A stretch of DNA of 63,977 nucleotides, filler included, from Octopus bimaculoides (lineage: Eukaryota), in the NCBI RefSeq assembly GCF_001194135.2. It is 4 parts of 3 records of this genome, joined end to end, with 100 filler letters (N's around TTAATTAATTAA, not from the genome) between each part and the next. Parts side by side here need not be neighbours in the genome. Positions count along the whole stretch, not along the records: positions 31,425 to 60,930 come from NC_068991.1; 3 more parts are not named here. One strand, 5' to 3'. The notes below the pieces were generated by a model that did no database searches, was not told the DNA's origin, and was given only the letters and a program-made list of their open reading frames with translations. The position numbers and the translations under genes were made by a program. Positions 35,351 to 48,118 of the stretch are shown piece after piece; position 1 is the first letter of the stretch, and each line of letters begins with the position of its first letter.

Positions 35351-36139
35351 TCATAATAACATTATATATCAAGATTTTGTTGTTATTCTTTGTACCGTTT
35401 GTAAACTTTGGTAGCAGTTTTCTATTAACCACGTCAGTAAACTAGCGTTTTCTGAAATCTCCTATAATGTCTTCTTTTGCTTCTGTGATCTTTACTCTAT
35501 TATTCTCTTCAAATTCTTTGTTGTTTCTATTTTCGTATTCTTGAGGTAGATCTACGTGTTCCTCGTTTTCCACATTTCTTTTCTTCACTGTTCTTTCTTG
35601 TTTTTTCGCTGTTTATAATTAGTGCTTTTACACAAATTTCTGTGTTTCTCTTGCTTATTTCACCTACTTCATTGCTGTTTTCTTTTTATTTCTTCTACCA
35701 TCAGATATTTGTGTTTCAATTCGATCACTTTCAGCATCAGTCATTTATTTTTAATGAGGTTTTTACGTACATTACTTAATTTATTTGCATATATATAGCT
35801 TCGTACTTTATTACCTTCGAAATCTCTTCATGAATGTTTGTTTGTACAACGAGCGGATTATTTGGGCTTAATTGGGTTTTCAAAACGTCTCTGTAATCAT
35901 CTCTAGTCTAGTTTATGCGTTTTGCTCTTGGTGGTGCTTTAGGTGTCTTCACTACACGTCTAGAGTTAGGATTACCCTGGTTCTCGTTACCTTTGTCTTT
36001 CATCCTTTCGAGATCGATAATATAAATACCCGTCGAGCACTTGCTGGCCTGATGCCCAAACTTGAAACCGTAATTATTATTGTTGTATCTTGCTCTTTGA
36101 TATTGTCTCCAATATTTCGACCTCTTATGACTAATAAAA

Positions 36140-36480
36140 AAGTCGTCATCATCAATCATCATCATCAATCATCATCATCACCATCATCATCATCGTCGTC
36201 ATCGCGATCGACATCGTCGTCCTCGTCGTCGTCATCACCATCACCATCATCATCATCATCATCATCGTCGTCGTCGTCGTCGTCGTCATCGCGATCGTCG
36301 TCGTCGTCCTCGTCGTTGTCATCATCATCGTCATCATCATCGTCACCGTCGTTGTAGTCTTCGCCGCCGCCGCCGCCGCCACCTCCACCCCGTGCCTCCT
36401 CCTCCGCCGCCATCATCATCCTCATCATCATCAACATCATCATCATCATCGCTATTACTAATGTTGTTGTTATTGTTGTT
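36140..36480. repeat. Mixed (CAT)n/(CGT)n/(CGC)n tract
   Basis: Direct; yields poly-S/D/M/T ORFs in several frames. Confidence 0.95.
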
Positions 36481-36880
36481 TTCCCAGTCGAACCAATTAG
36501 AAATGGTATGAGATTACCTTTCTTCAATTATCACAAGGATTCAATAACAGAGTCGGTGTATTTCTTCAGCTTCTCAACCCGTTTCTTCAACCACATTATT
36601 ATCATTAAGCAAACCGTACATTCATTGGCTTGGAGCCGCAATTAATACAGCAGTAAATTAATTAAACTTCTCAAATACATGAAGCAGTTGTAAACATCTG
36701 TCACGACGGACATTTACGACTGCTTTTGCGTATCTAATAAATTTAGCTAATTAATTAATTTACGAAAGTAGTGACGGCTCAAAAATCTATGGATATACTC
36801 CGTGCTAAAGGTTAGCATGAAAAATAAACAATGCTGTTACATCAGTAATTTAATAATATTATAACAACGATCAATAAATT

Positions 36881-37270
36881 GTAGGTGTAGGAGTGGCTGT
36901 GTGGTAAGTAGCTTGCTTACGAACCACACGGTTCCGGGTTCACCTTCGGCAAGTGTCTTCTAGTATAGCCTCGGGCCGACCAAAGCCTTGTGAGTGGAAT
37001 TGGTAGACGGAAACTGAAAGAAGCCCGTCGTATATATGTATATATGTATATATATATTTATGTGTGTGTATATGTTTGTGTGTTTGTGTTTTCCCCCATC
37101 ATCGCTTGACAACCGATGCTGGTGTGTTTACGTCCCCATAACTTAAGCGGTTCGGCAAAAGGGCCGATAGAATAAGTACTAGACTAACAAAGAATAAATC
37201 CTGGGGTCGATTTTCTCGACTAAAGGCGGTGCTCCAGCATGGCCACAGTCAAATGACTGAAACGAGTAAA
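36881..37270 (+). mobile_element. SINE family A, full length
   Basis: Same head, central TA/TG tract, body and tail as 679-1152; CpGs retained. Confidence 0.9.
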
Positions 37271-37679
37271 GGACTAACATGAAAAACGATATCTGACGCA
37301 ATATGTATTCTATTTGCAAACAGGAATTTAATACTTGTTTTGCGTTTATCTTTTTCTAAGACAGCCAAGTCTTCCTTGTAACTATCAGAGGTCTTTTCTT
37401 CAAAATGCTGGAAACGGATGTCTAGGCGTGTCTTCAAAATCTTTGCTATGTTATATTTCTAAATGCAGTAAGGTGACAGGCTGGTACAATGTTATTAGCA
37501 TGCCGGGCAAAATGATTAGCGGCATTTCGTCCGTCTTTTATGTTCTGAGCTCAAATTTCGCCGAAGTCGACTTTGCGCTTCATCATTTCCAGGGCGATAC
37601 AATAAGTACCAGTTAAACACTGGGTCGATGTGATTGACTTAGACCAACCTAGAAATTGCTGGCCTTGTATCAAAATCAA

Positions 37680-37730
<51 letters not shown>

Positions 37731-40700
37731 TAATACAGCGAGCTGAAAGAAGCATTAGCATTAAAAGTACTTTTGTCTGTTTATCTTGACGTTCAGAGTT
37801 CAAATTCTGCCGACTTTACATTTCATCCTTTCCGTGTTAATGCATAAATACTAGTCGAGTACCGTGGCCGATGTAATCGATTAGTCCCTTGGCCCTAAAT
37901 TTCAGACCTTGTTCTTATAACAGAAAGGATTATTATTATTATCATCGTTATCAACATCATGTGAAGGGGGCTTGAAAACCTCCATAGAGCGTCGGAAAAA
38001 AAATGCCTCATAATATTTGCTCCGACTCTTTACGTTCGGTGTTCAATTCACGTAAAAGTCCACTTTGCCTTTCGTCTTTTCAGGGCTCAAATAAAAGTAT
38101 CTCTAGGGGTGATGTCGATTAACCCCTTCACCTTAAACTTTGCCCAAATTCTTCTTCTTCTTCTTCTTCTTCTTCTTCTTTACTTATAGATACGAGTGAG
38201 GATATNNNNNNNNNNNNNNNNNNNNNNNNNNNNNNNNNNNNNNNNNNNNNNNNNNNNNNNNNNNNNNNNNNNNNNNNNNNNNNNNNNNNNNNNNNNNNNN
38301 NNNNNNNNNNNNNNNNNNNNNNNNNNNNNNNNNNNNNNNNNNNNNNNNNNNNNNNNNNNNNNNNNNNNNNNNNNNNNNNNNNNNNNNNNNNNNNNNNNNN
38401 NNNNNNNNNNNNNNNNNNNNNNNNNNNNNNNNNNNNNNNNNNNNNNNNNNNNNNNNNNNNNNNNNNNNNNNNNNNNNNNNNNNNNNNNNNNNTACTAACC
38501 GAAAATATATATACACGCATATACAAACGTTAATGCATAAATTTATAATTGAATGCATAGATGAATAGAGATAAGATGACACGTACGAAAAGCAAATGCG
38601 TGCATACCAATGAACATTCATATTTGCATACCGCCATACACACAGTTCTAGATACCTACATAACATACATCCATATAGTACATACATACATACATACATT
38701 CATGCATAGATACATACATGCATGCATACATACATACATACATACATACATACATACATACATACATACATACATACATACATACATACTGCAACAAATA
38801 TTCTGCTCAATACCACAGATTTACTTATCAGTTGCTTCACCTTAACCAGTTGAGCAAGTTCCTTTGTGGCTGACGACATGAGCATCTCTGATCACGAGCA
38901 GAAGTAGTGGTGGAGCATCAAAGCCATGTGTTGAGTGAAATGTTTTGGGGTTTGGATAATTCACCTTTGGAAACGTGGGTGTTTTCCAGTTACTCTTCGT
39001 CATCGCACTCGTAGTAAGACGACAACAATTTCTCATTCCTCAATCGTTCTTTTCTGGAATGTAAACAATAGCGAAGCAACTGAATCATCGCAAATTCATT
39101 CTCTCATGTATAATATAATTCACAGCATCTAAGGAAACATGTTTCATAAGATAGTGGAAATAGATTTTTCACATTCTGAAAAATTTGAAAATTACTTGTC
39201 TTTCAAAAGCTGAACATTACTCACTTCTGTGGTTGACGTTACCCCCCCCCCCCACTCCCCACATATATACATCACTGTATCGGTCCAGTGTATTGGATGA
39301 TGTTATACGTCGCTATTCACAATGCACTTCCTTGCATTATTGCATTGTTGTAGCTTTCGATTGATACCAGGGCGCTGGGTTACCCATTTATATCTGAGAA
39401 GACTGAAGCAAGGTAAATTAACGTGTTCTAGTAAAGAATACATCGCACAACCTGTCTGAGAATCGAAACCATGATCTTGTGATCGTAAAGGCAACACCCT
39501 AACCACTCGTCCACACGCCTTTAAACTCTCTCAAATACACTTATACATATACGTACATCCATCCATCTATTAACACACACATGTGCCTGTATATATTGGA
39601 ACAGACTAGATTTTCCAGTGCAACCATTGTTAGCCTCGTCAATATATTATTGCAGTAGCTATCGTATTGCCTATGTCATTTTGCATTCTATCATTAATAT
39701 CTAATATATTTTTATTATTATGACTCCTTGTATGATTTTATAACAACTACAATTGTAATCCATTCGTTTTACAAGCCTGCATACAGTGTAAATTAAATTA
39801 ATGTTGAGTGGAGTAGAATTTCCAAGCTTCAATTTTTTTTCTCCTATAGAAACTCTAATGCTTTTCAATCCTTTACAACTTCAAACAAGTTACAATAGAA
39901 GAACAGAGTTTAAGATTTTGGAGGATCTAGAAAGCTGCTTATAGTTTCTTTAGGGAAAAAGTGCCTTCTCAAGTATAAAATGACATTTAAGAAAAACAAG
40001 ATTTTGTATAAGAATCTGCACTCTTTGAAACTCCTTCTATCCGATAATCTATTGTAGCATTCCTCTATTCTTGTTTTGGTGATATAATGCTTTCTGCTTG
40101 TCTCCATTTGTTACAGCCATGCTTCACAAATATAAGTACACTCGATACAATCTTTTATTCTATCTCTTTTCTTTTCTACCATATTTTTTCAGACCACAAT
40201 ATAAATATAAAAAACAACAACATTGTTTCAATGTTCTTTTTTTCGGGAATTTCTTCTTTTGATAATTTTTTTCTCAAATAATGTTTTATCTATATTCATA
40301 TTTCATTTTGGTAAACTTTACACTCTACATGTTTCGAAATTTATTTGAGTCAAAATTATATATTTGTCGGCAAGACCAAAAACATTTTATGATTGGGAAT
40401 CGAGATTATATTTACTTCGTCCTGGTGATTGACCAGGAGTGATTACAGCTGAATTAAACCACAATATTTCCATCTAGATAACGTGAATATCTAGTTACGA
40501 AACCATCTCATACTAGACGACATATCAAACATCTAAGCAGAGCTATGTTTTGCGAAATAGTTACCAATATCATATCTAGTCAATTCAACTGGAAAATATA
40601 ATGAGCACTAGTTGGACTGACATTTGTAATCAAAGAAGTTTGTCAAAATAAACAGAAATAAATTACATCATTAGCAGACTTCTAGTATTCTGTGACACAA

Positions 40701-41703
40701 TTAAGACTCGCAAACTTGCTTAAACTTTGAAATGGTAAATCCACGACATCAGCGCGTTCTATTTTCTCTGTCTCGGTCTCTCTCTCTCTGTCTCTCTCTC
40801 TCTCTCTGTCTCCTCTCTCGCTTATTTCTGTTAGATTTCCATTAAAAACCCACTGAAGGGGACTCTGCTAATAATATATTTTGCATGATAGCTGCATGTC
40901 ATGATCTATTTTTGCTCTACTTACCAGAGCTAAGTCTTCCAAGACAAATTGAAATGCAACATATTCACGACAGAAGCAGTGAAGCTAATAGGCACGAACT
41001 AATAGACACCCAAAAACTGTTGCCAGATAGCGACTTCATAATATAAGACAGTTCAAAGAAAGTTCATACCTCTGACAACAAACTTTTTTAAATACCACAT
41101 GTGAATGCTAGGGTAGCTGCCAGAATCTATCAAGCTGCTCGTAAAGCGTCGCTGGATATAAATTTAATGCACATTGGATTATCCCTGCCAAAACGTATAT
41201 TTATTAGAAGGCCCACGGTCAATAATGTTTGTACTTCAGTCAACTGTCCCATCAAAACTGTGGGCGTATGTTTATGAACACATATGTATATATGTTATAA
41301 TAGATAATGTGGGGTAGATCTCACGTCCTAGCGCGATTCGCAGTTTGTACATTCACATTAATGTGTATATTTAGACAAAGGTTTCCTATATGGAAAAAAA
41401 ATAATCATCTGGAAAAATGTCAAAGCAAACCAATGACAGGTACTGTCAAGTCCACAGTAAGAAGTATAAGAAATGTGTGGATTAATGAAGCTCTACTAAG
41501 AAAACAAAAGCACAAAATCCATTTTAATCCATGTATTCACATTGGGCAGATCTAAGATACACTGCTGAGTTGACTTAATACTATTTCTCAGCACGTGCAG
41601 AATTTTAGGGAATGAAAAATAACCAATTCGTTATTATAACCTGCATAGAAAAACTTAGTTCTTCGTCAGTTATCTCTAAAAGGGAGTTCTATATCCAAAA
41701 TAT

Positions 41704-41915
41704 CCTTTTCTACTCTAGGCACAAGGCCCGAAATTTTTTGGGAGGGGGTCAGTCGATTAAATCGACCCCATTACGCAACTGGTAGTTAATTTATCGGCCC
41801 CGAAAGGCTGAAAGGCAAAGTCGACCTCGGCGGAAATGAACTCAGAACGTCAAAACAGACGAAATACCGCTAAGCATTTAGGTCGGTGTGCTAACGTTTC
41901 TGCCAGCTCGCCGCT
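41704..41915 (-). mobile_element. SINE family B, young copy. Others near 419-640(-), 2252-2465(+), 3730-3905(+), 9488-9690(+), 9920-10137(+), 10425-10650(-), 20268-20490(+), 37480-37680(+), 37737-37930(+), 57426-57556(-), 58535-58735(-)
   Basis: Visual alignment to family B; boundaries approximate. Confidence 0.85.
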
Positions 41916-42315
41916 TTTTATATTCGAAATATCGAAGTACAAGGTTATGCATTCGCTTTTAAGTATATTTCTATCGATTTTCGAGCCAGCGTTGCAAATT
42001 ACAAACGTATATGTAAACAATGCGGTCGATGATAGCAAAAATAGGTAATGGGTGCGCATGCATATTTCAGAGTCATTGCTCTTTTATTAGTACCACAACC
42101 AACAAATGCATGCACATATATAAATACACACACACATAATTATACGATTTAAAAATCTTTCAGAGACGTGAAATGATTCTGTTTTGGAACGGTGAAATAA
42201 TTGCGTGTAAACATTGCGTTAGAAGTCGTCTTCAGATATTTACAATATTTAGTTGTTTAAAAATATTTATACGTTATTATTTATAACTTTATCTACTTCA
42301 AATTTCACCGTTCCA

Positions 42316-42396
<81 letters not shown>

Positions 42397-43877
42397 GTAT
42401 ATATGTGTGTGTGCGTGTGTGTACGTGTGTGTTTGAGTGTGTGTACATGTATGTATAAACCATTGTTTTGCTTCCCTTTAAAACATTTATAAACGTATTA
42501 CTGTGGCCTTTGTTAAAAACAACCTTTAAGACGCATCCAGTTTTAAGCGACTGTTCTTAGCATTTATGAAGGATGATTATGTAATTCTTAACGAAATGAA
42601 TGTAGATTTTTTATGTTTAAGCAGGACTTTCTTATGAAACTGTAATATTGTTGGTCACAGTATATAATTTAACGCATCATTTCAACGGGTCATTTCAACG
42701 GATTCCAGGCGATATTAAAGGAATAGCTGACAACATATATGTAAACCTACCACTCTGTCTACCTAGGTAGGCCCACGAATATCATAAATCTTTAATCTTG
42801 ACATTGTGCTCCTACAATTTTCTCCGCAATTTAAGGTACATTTAGCCAAATAAGACATGCACGATCAACCTATATTTACGACAACAATCACAAATTTGAA
42901 CCCATGTTCACCAGCCAAAGAAACACTCGTTAATTTTATAATGCAGCTGCTTTTTACAAGGTTAAAATCTAGTAATTTGTGTTACCTAATTTCAGTTAGA
43001 TGGGACATCCTAATTACTGGCGTTAGTGTTAAGTATGTTAGACAGACACAATGCACTTCTAATGGTAGGATTCCCATTGATTTATTTCCAACCATTTGAT
43101 ATTGCGCAAGCCTAACCACTTTGCAGAATCATTTATCTATATTAACAACATTCATTAGACTGACGCTTTTAATTTGAACCCAAAACTATAATTTAACAGG
43201 TCAGTTTGTCAATTATTCAGTCTAGTCCAATGATTTACTACCATACTGTCACCCTGTTTCTGTTTGATATGTGGTAATCTTTTAAACCTCATCAATAACT
43301 TTCAAATAAGAAATCACCATAATTGTAGCTCTAGTTGTTGGTTGAAAATTGTACGCAAGACACTAAATAACTGAATAATTGATTCACATAGAAGACTGCT
43401 TTTTAAAAAGTAATGCACAAGATACTATTCTCTCGCCAGTTCAATCTGGTAACATCTGCCAATATGTTTTGGGAAAAATGTAAAAGTAGAAACGAAATTA
43501 TTAACATACCTACTAACACAAATGTGTAGATACATAGCTCTTAAGAAAACTACACATAAGACAAGCCAGGTTGTAGAAACGACGTATTGTAGCAAGTCGT
43601 ATAATCAAATATAGAGAACAGTCGGCTGTGAGCTTATAAAATATTCATTGAGAATACCAAGTGTTTATATTAGTTTTTGGAATCTGTTAGCGACGAGGAA
43701 CTTTTGCATAACTCATGTGATATCTATCATCTACAGGAATCGGAATTGTCCAAAAGCTAAGTGTGGAGACAGAACTGTGCCAAATACATTGTTTTTAAGA
43801 AAAACAGTACATAGAAAGCAAACGAAAGATTGAAGCCAAAATAATACTTAGTAAAGGTAATTGGTAAAGTGTTGAAA

Positions 43878-43912
<35 letters not shown>

Positions 43913-44089
43913 AATTTATCTCCCTTTCTCTCTCTCTCTCTCTCTCCCCCTCTTATGCATAGAACTATTACAAATCTTTATACCTCAAGTTCTGATGGAA
44001 CCACCGAGTTGTCATCTCCCCCTGTGGTCTGCCTCTGGCGTTTTTCTGTGTGGTCATCATCGTTTTACCAGTTTGACAACATTCGATGT

Positions 44090-44380
44090 CGTCTTTCTTC
44101 TTTTTCTTGTTCTTGTTCGTGTTGTTGTTGTTGTTGTTGCTGTTGTTCTTGTTACTGCTGTTGTTCTTGTCCTCCTCCTCCTTCTTCTTCTTTTCTTCTT
44201 CTTCTTTTCTTCTTCTTTTCTTCTTCTTTTCTTCTTCTTCTTCTTCTTCTTTTCTTCTTCTTCTTCTTCTTCTTCTTCTTTTCTTCTTCTTCTTCTTCTT
44301 CTTCTTCTTCTTTTCTTCTTCTTCTTCTTCTTCTTCTTCTTCTTCTTCTTCTTCTTCTTCTTCTTCTTCTCGCCTTCTTC

Positions 44381-44419
<39 letters not shown>

Positions 44420-44440
44420 GGAGGGAGAAGGAGAGATAGA
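44090..44440. repeat. (TTG)n-(CTT)n-(GA)n compound microsatellite
   Basis: Direct; source of the poly-F/L/S/K/R/E ORFs at 43869-44614. Confidence 0.97.
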
Positions 44441-45379
44441 CAGAGAAGCTTCGGTCTTATTATATGAATCAACATGAAGGCTTTGTGTTTGGAGAAAACA
44501 ACACGTGAAGTAGATTGATCTATGCTCGTTGTTGGCTCTTTTTCCCTGCCAAAGATGAGGTATTGGCAGAGGCATTAGGTCGCCAAATAGCATGACTCTC
44601 AGTGTATTTTGCAAGTTTCAGCACTCTGTGTTCGTATTTAGCCGAGGTTAGACTTGCTTTTCGTCGTTTCGTTGACGGAGAAGAAAATAAAGCATACCCT
44701 ACCACGTTGGTGAGTAGCCTAATTGCTAAGGCGTCGATTTAGCGTTATCTGTTCTAGCTCTTTGTGAACGCAAGCGGCAGCACTGGTGCTTAGTTGTATC
44801 AGCCTTGCCTTGTATTTCGCTTCCACAAAACTTGTGGCGAGGAGTGAAAGCACTTGCATTCATTACCAGCTCCTAATATTCTACAAGGTAAACCTTTTCC
44901 GAGCTTGTACATCCAATTCCATACACTCAAAAGCCTTAGACATCTTCGTGGTAATACTTATTATCCTAACGACTGGGCGAGGTGGAGGAAACTCATTCAC
45001 TAGAAATGTATAGAAAATGTTTTAAAACACTTCTTGGCTTTTAGTGTAACTGTTATTATAGACTATCGCGAGTAAGCGTTGACTGAAATGAATATAGTTC
45101 TATAATGGTAAATGGAAAAGCAGAAGAAACACAAATAGTCTCTATGGGTATTGTAATAGCTTTTACGTGAAGTTAGGTGTTTCATGATAATTTAATTGTT
45201 AAAAGTTTTAGACTAACTTATAGTAAGTTATCGATGACAGACGACGAGTCATTCTAATTCTATTTTGTTATTATTTGGTGGACAAAATAATGGGAAGAAT
45301 TATATAAACTTTTAGAAACTCGTAAAATCAACAAAAGGAAGATACGCTTATCATATTGTATAAAAAAAATTGCTTAATA

Positions 45380-46850
45380 AAAAGTTCTAAAAAGTTAAAG
45401 CATTGTATGACTTCTGTGCATATAACTAGAATTCAGTTCTGAATTCTTGCTCAGTGGAGCCGTCGGCCACGTTATTTGATAAGCATATGATATGCATACG
45501 GAGCATATTTTTGTATCCTTGTATAATAAGTATATGGTTCGGTGGCATTGATTGAATTTCACTTCATATTAAGGAGAAGATTTTTAGTCTTGAGTGTCCA
45601 TGTTTATATGGATAAATTTATGTCCCTGGATCTTTTGTAATTCTGAAATGCATGAATATGTTGTAAATATCCTATTTCCAAAGACGTCGATCCAAAACTA
45701 ACATTAAATTTCGAGACAATATTGAAATATACCAAAGCACTATAAATATTTCTAGTTATACAACTTTGTTTCAGTGAATCTTATTTTGGGCTCTTAAAAT
45801 AATCCAAGTTTTGGTTCGCATTTGACTTGTGCAATTTAGATTTGGATTATATTTATCCGACTTTGGTTGCAGCCTGCGTTATAGGTGGCAAAATTTCCTC
45901 AGCAGTTTGAGGAAAAATTGAAACTGATTTCGAGACATGTTGATTGAAGGAGTTTGTACCAGCTTCTGTTTCTGATCTTATTATTCCTTCTATTAGGGTC
46001 AGGCGTTGCATTTGATCTTCTAATCTAACACATTTTATAATTGAAATAATCATTTTATAAGGTGTCATTGTTATATGGTACTAAGAGTGAGTCTTTAAAA
46101 ATAGTCTCATTTGAAGTTACGTTACGATATCATCTTTAACATAAATGTGATATAAATTCCGTAGGAAAATCTTCACATGTAATGGAATGACTTGTAAGAT
46201 ATTTTAAACTGTGTGAACTGTGTGGTTAAGGTTGAGTGTAAATGAAGATAGTTAATTAAATTAAAGTTACAATCAAGCGTTATTTTCTATTTGCAGAACT
46301 GTTCGCGACCTATGACTTTTGAATATCTGCGATTAATAGGAATTGTTAGGTCATCATCCCTACAGAGATTACCTATAAAATTGTGGAACATAATATAAAA
46401 ACAATGTAGGATATATAAAGTTATAATACTGTTAATTTCGATGGGAGAATCCATCATGTATATGTCCATATATGTATGGGAGAGTCCATCATGTATATGT
46501 CCATATATATATATATGGCCAACAAGTGGAAGGATATCGCAGTAAATGAAGACCTGCCCTTAGGTATAAGGATAAGTTGAAGAAATCACTAAAATTAATC
46601 CAGCTTAACGTCTCAGAGAAAGTTATACCGAGATCGATATGCGAGGTGTAAAATGAGACATGATGCATCAAAACAATTTCAGTTGAAGAAAAAGAACAAT
46701 AAAAGGTCTATATCCTTCACTCAACGGACATATTTGTCCAATCCTAGACAAAATCAAAGCCACCAGTGTCTTCGTGGTGCCTTTATGGCAAAATCCATAT
46801 CTGGGCTCAAATTACATTCACGCATCATTCACAGGTAGATTCAGCTTCTT
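45380..46850 (-). mobile_element. Decayed Penelope-like element (RT remnants + GIY-YIG endonuclease)
   Basis: Minus strand: FYTSHIDLG (~46640), FIGNLCRDDDL (~46350; cf. GLYRDDGL), then CITRNIYSALV...FGSTS...YLQHIHAFQNYKRSRDINLSI*TWTLKTKN...K*...ATEPY (45520-45770), a degenerate Penelope GIY-YIG. Confidence 0.65.
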
Positions 46851-47148
46851 TTGCACAACCAACAGAACACGAAGCTCTTCAGACGAACGCATATTCGTGA
46901 GATGGTTGTGATCTGTAAAAAATTTTCAGTAGGAACTGGAAAGAGAAGTCTGAGCACGCAAAGTGCATGTACGCACTGGATTCGTCAAACGGAGGAGAAG
47001 TATAAAAACGCAATGCGCATGTCAAACAAGTCATATGATGGTCTGCATGTCACGTCTGACACCACAATCACGCAGCTTTGCTGCAATATTCTTGTTTTTA
47101 AAAGTTGTTCTGTCTGTCTGTCTGTCTCTCTTTAAATCTTCTTTAAAC

Positions 47149-47208
<60 letters not shown>

Positions 47209-47832
47209 TTCCTTCAGCCAACGGCACCATTGTTCACTACTTGCTATAGAAAATAAAAATAAACCAAAAATATTTGAATGTTTTGCTCTCCAAAGATTGA
47301 TAGACAAGAAATTTATGTTCTATGTTTTATGACGATTTGTTTTGGATAAAATATTTAATTCCATTACATAAATGGCTAAGTTGCCAGCAGTGCTTATTTT
47401 TCATTCTAAAGATTACTTTAAAATAAAAAATAAACATAACTTTCACGTCAGCAGTTTTTATAAAAGAACTAACGGTGAAACGTGTGACTAATATTCAACT
47501 CAGTCTACCCGGTTTAGTTATAAATATAACAGCACTTGTTATAAATACAATATTATGAACAGGCTTTAACATGTTGGATATTTGATTGCTGATAAAAGTT
47601 AATAATCTAGATAGGCGGCTGTCTAGTCAATGCCTCTTTGCTGTACACCGTAAAGGAATATAATAACCGAGACAGATCTTTACGATTGTTTTATGTGTCT
47701 CTTGCATTGGAATAATATATTTAAGTTACGAATACAGAGACAGATAAAATTTTCGGGTCTACCCTAAAATAATTTTTAGTATGCAAAATAAACACTGCTG
47801 ACCCGTCGATAATTTATACTAAAGTGATTACG

Positions 47833-48118
47833 GAGATGTACTTGCATAGCAAGTGACCTGATCTGAGATTGCGTGCTGGAATGAAAACAATTGCAGAGTG
47901 GAAGGTGTTTATGAGCCATTTAAAAACACACAAAAAACCGTTAGATTCACTTCAACATTTAAATTTAATTTGACAAAATATTATCGTCACTTTGAGATCG
48001 CGACCTGATCACTGACAACATTCCGTGAAATGCAGCATGGGAATTTTGTTAGTGAAGAGGTCACGGTCTCAAAGCGACGAAAATATTTTGGCAAATTAAA
48101 TTTAAATGTTGAAGTGAA
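47833..48118 (+). mobile_element. Leader + long hairpin repeat element (79-bp arms, 15-nt loop); second decayed copy at 30683-30929
   Basis: Arms 47946-48024 and 48040-48118 are reverse complements with 9 mismatches; the leader GCAAGTGA..TGA.CTGAGA is shared with the 30.7-kb copy. Confidence 0.8.

Noticed and set aside
39330-39525. True tRNA genes at SINE heads (also 29100-29185, 49500-49560, 50640-50690)
   Set aside because: A and B boxes are present but there is no closing acceptor stem; each runs into a repeat body.
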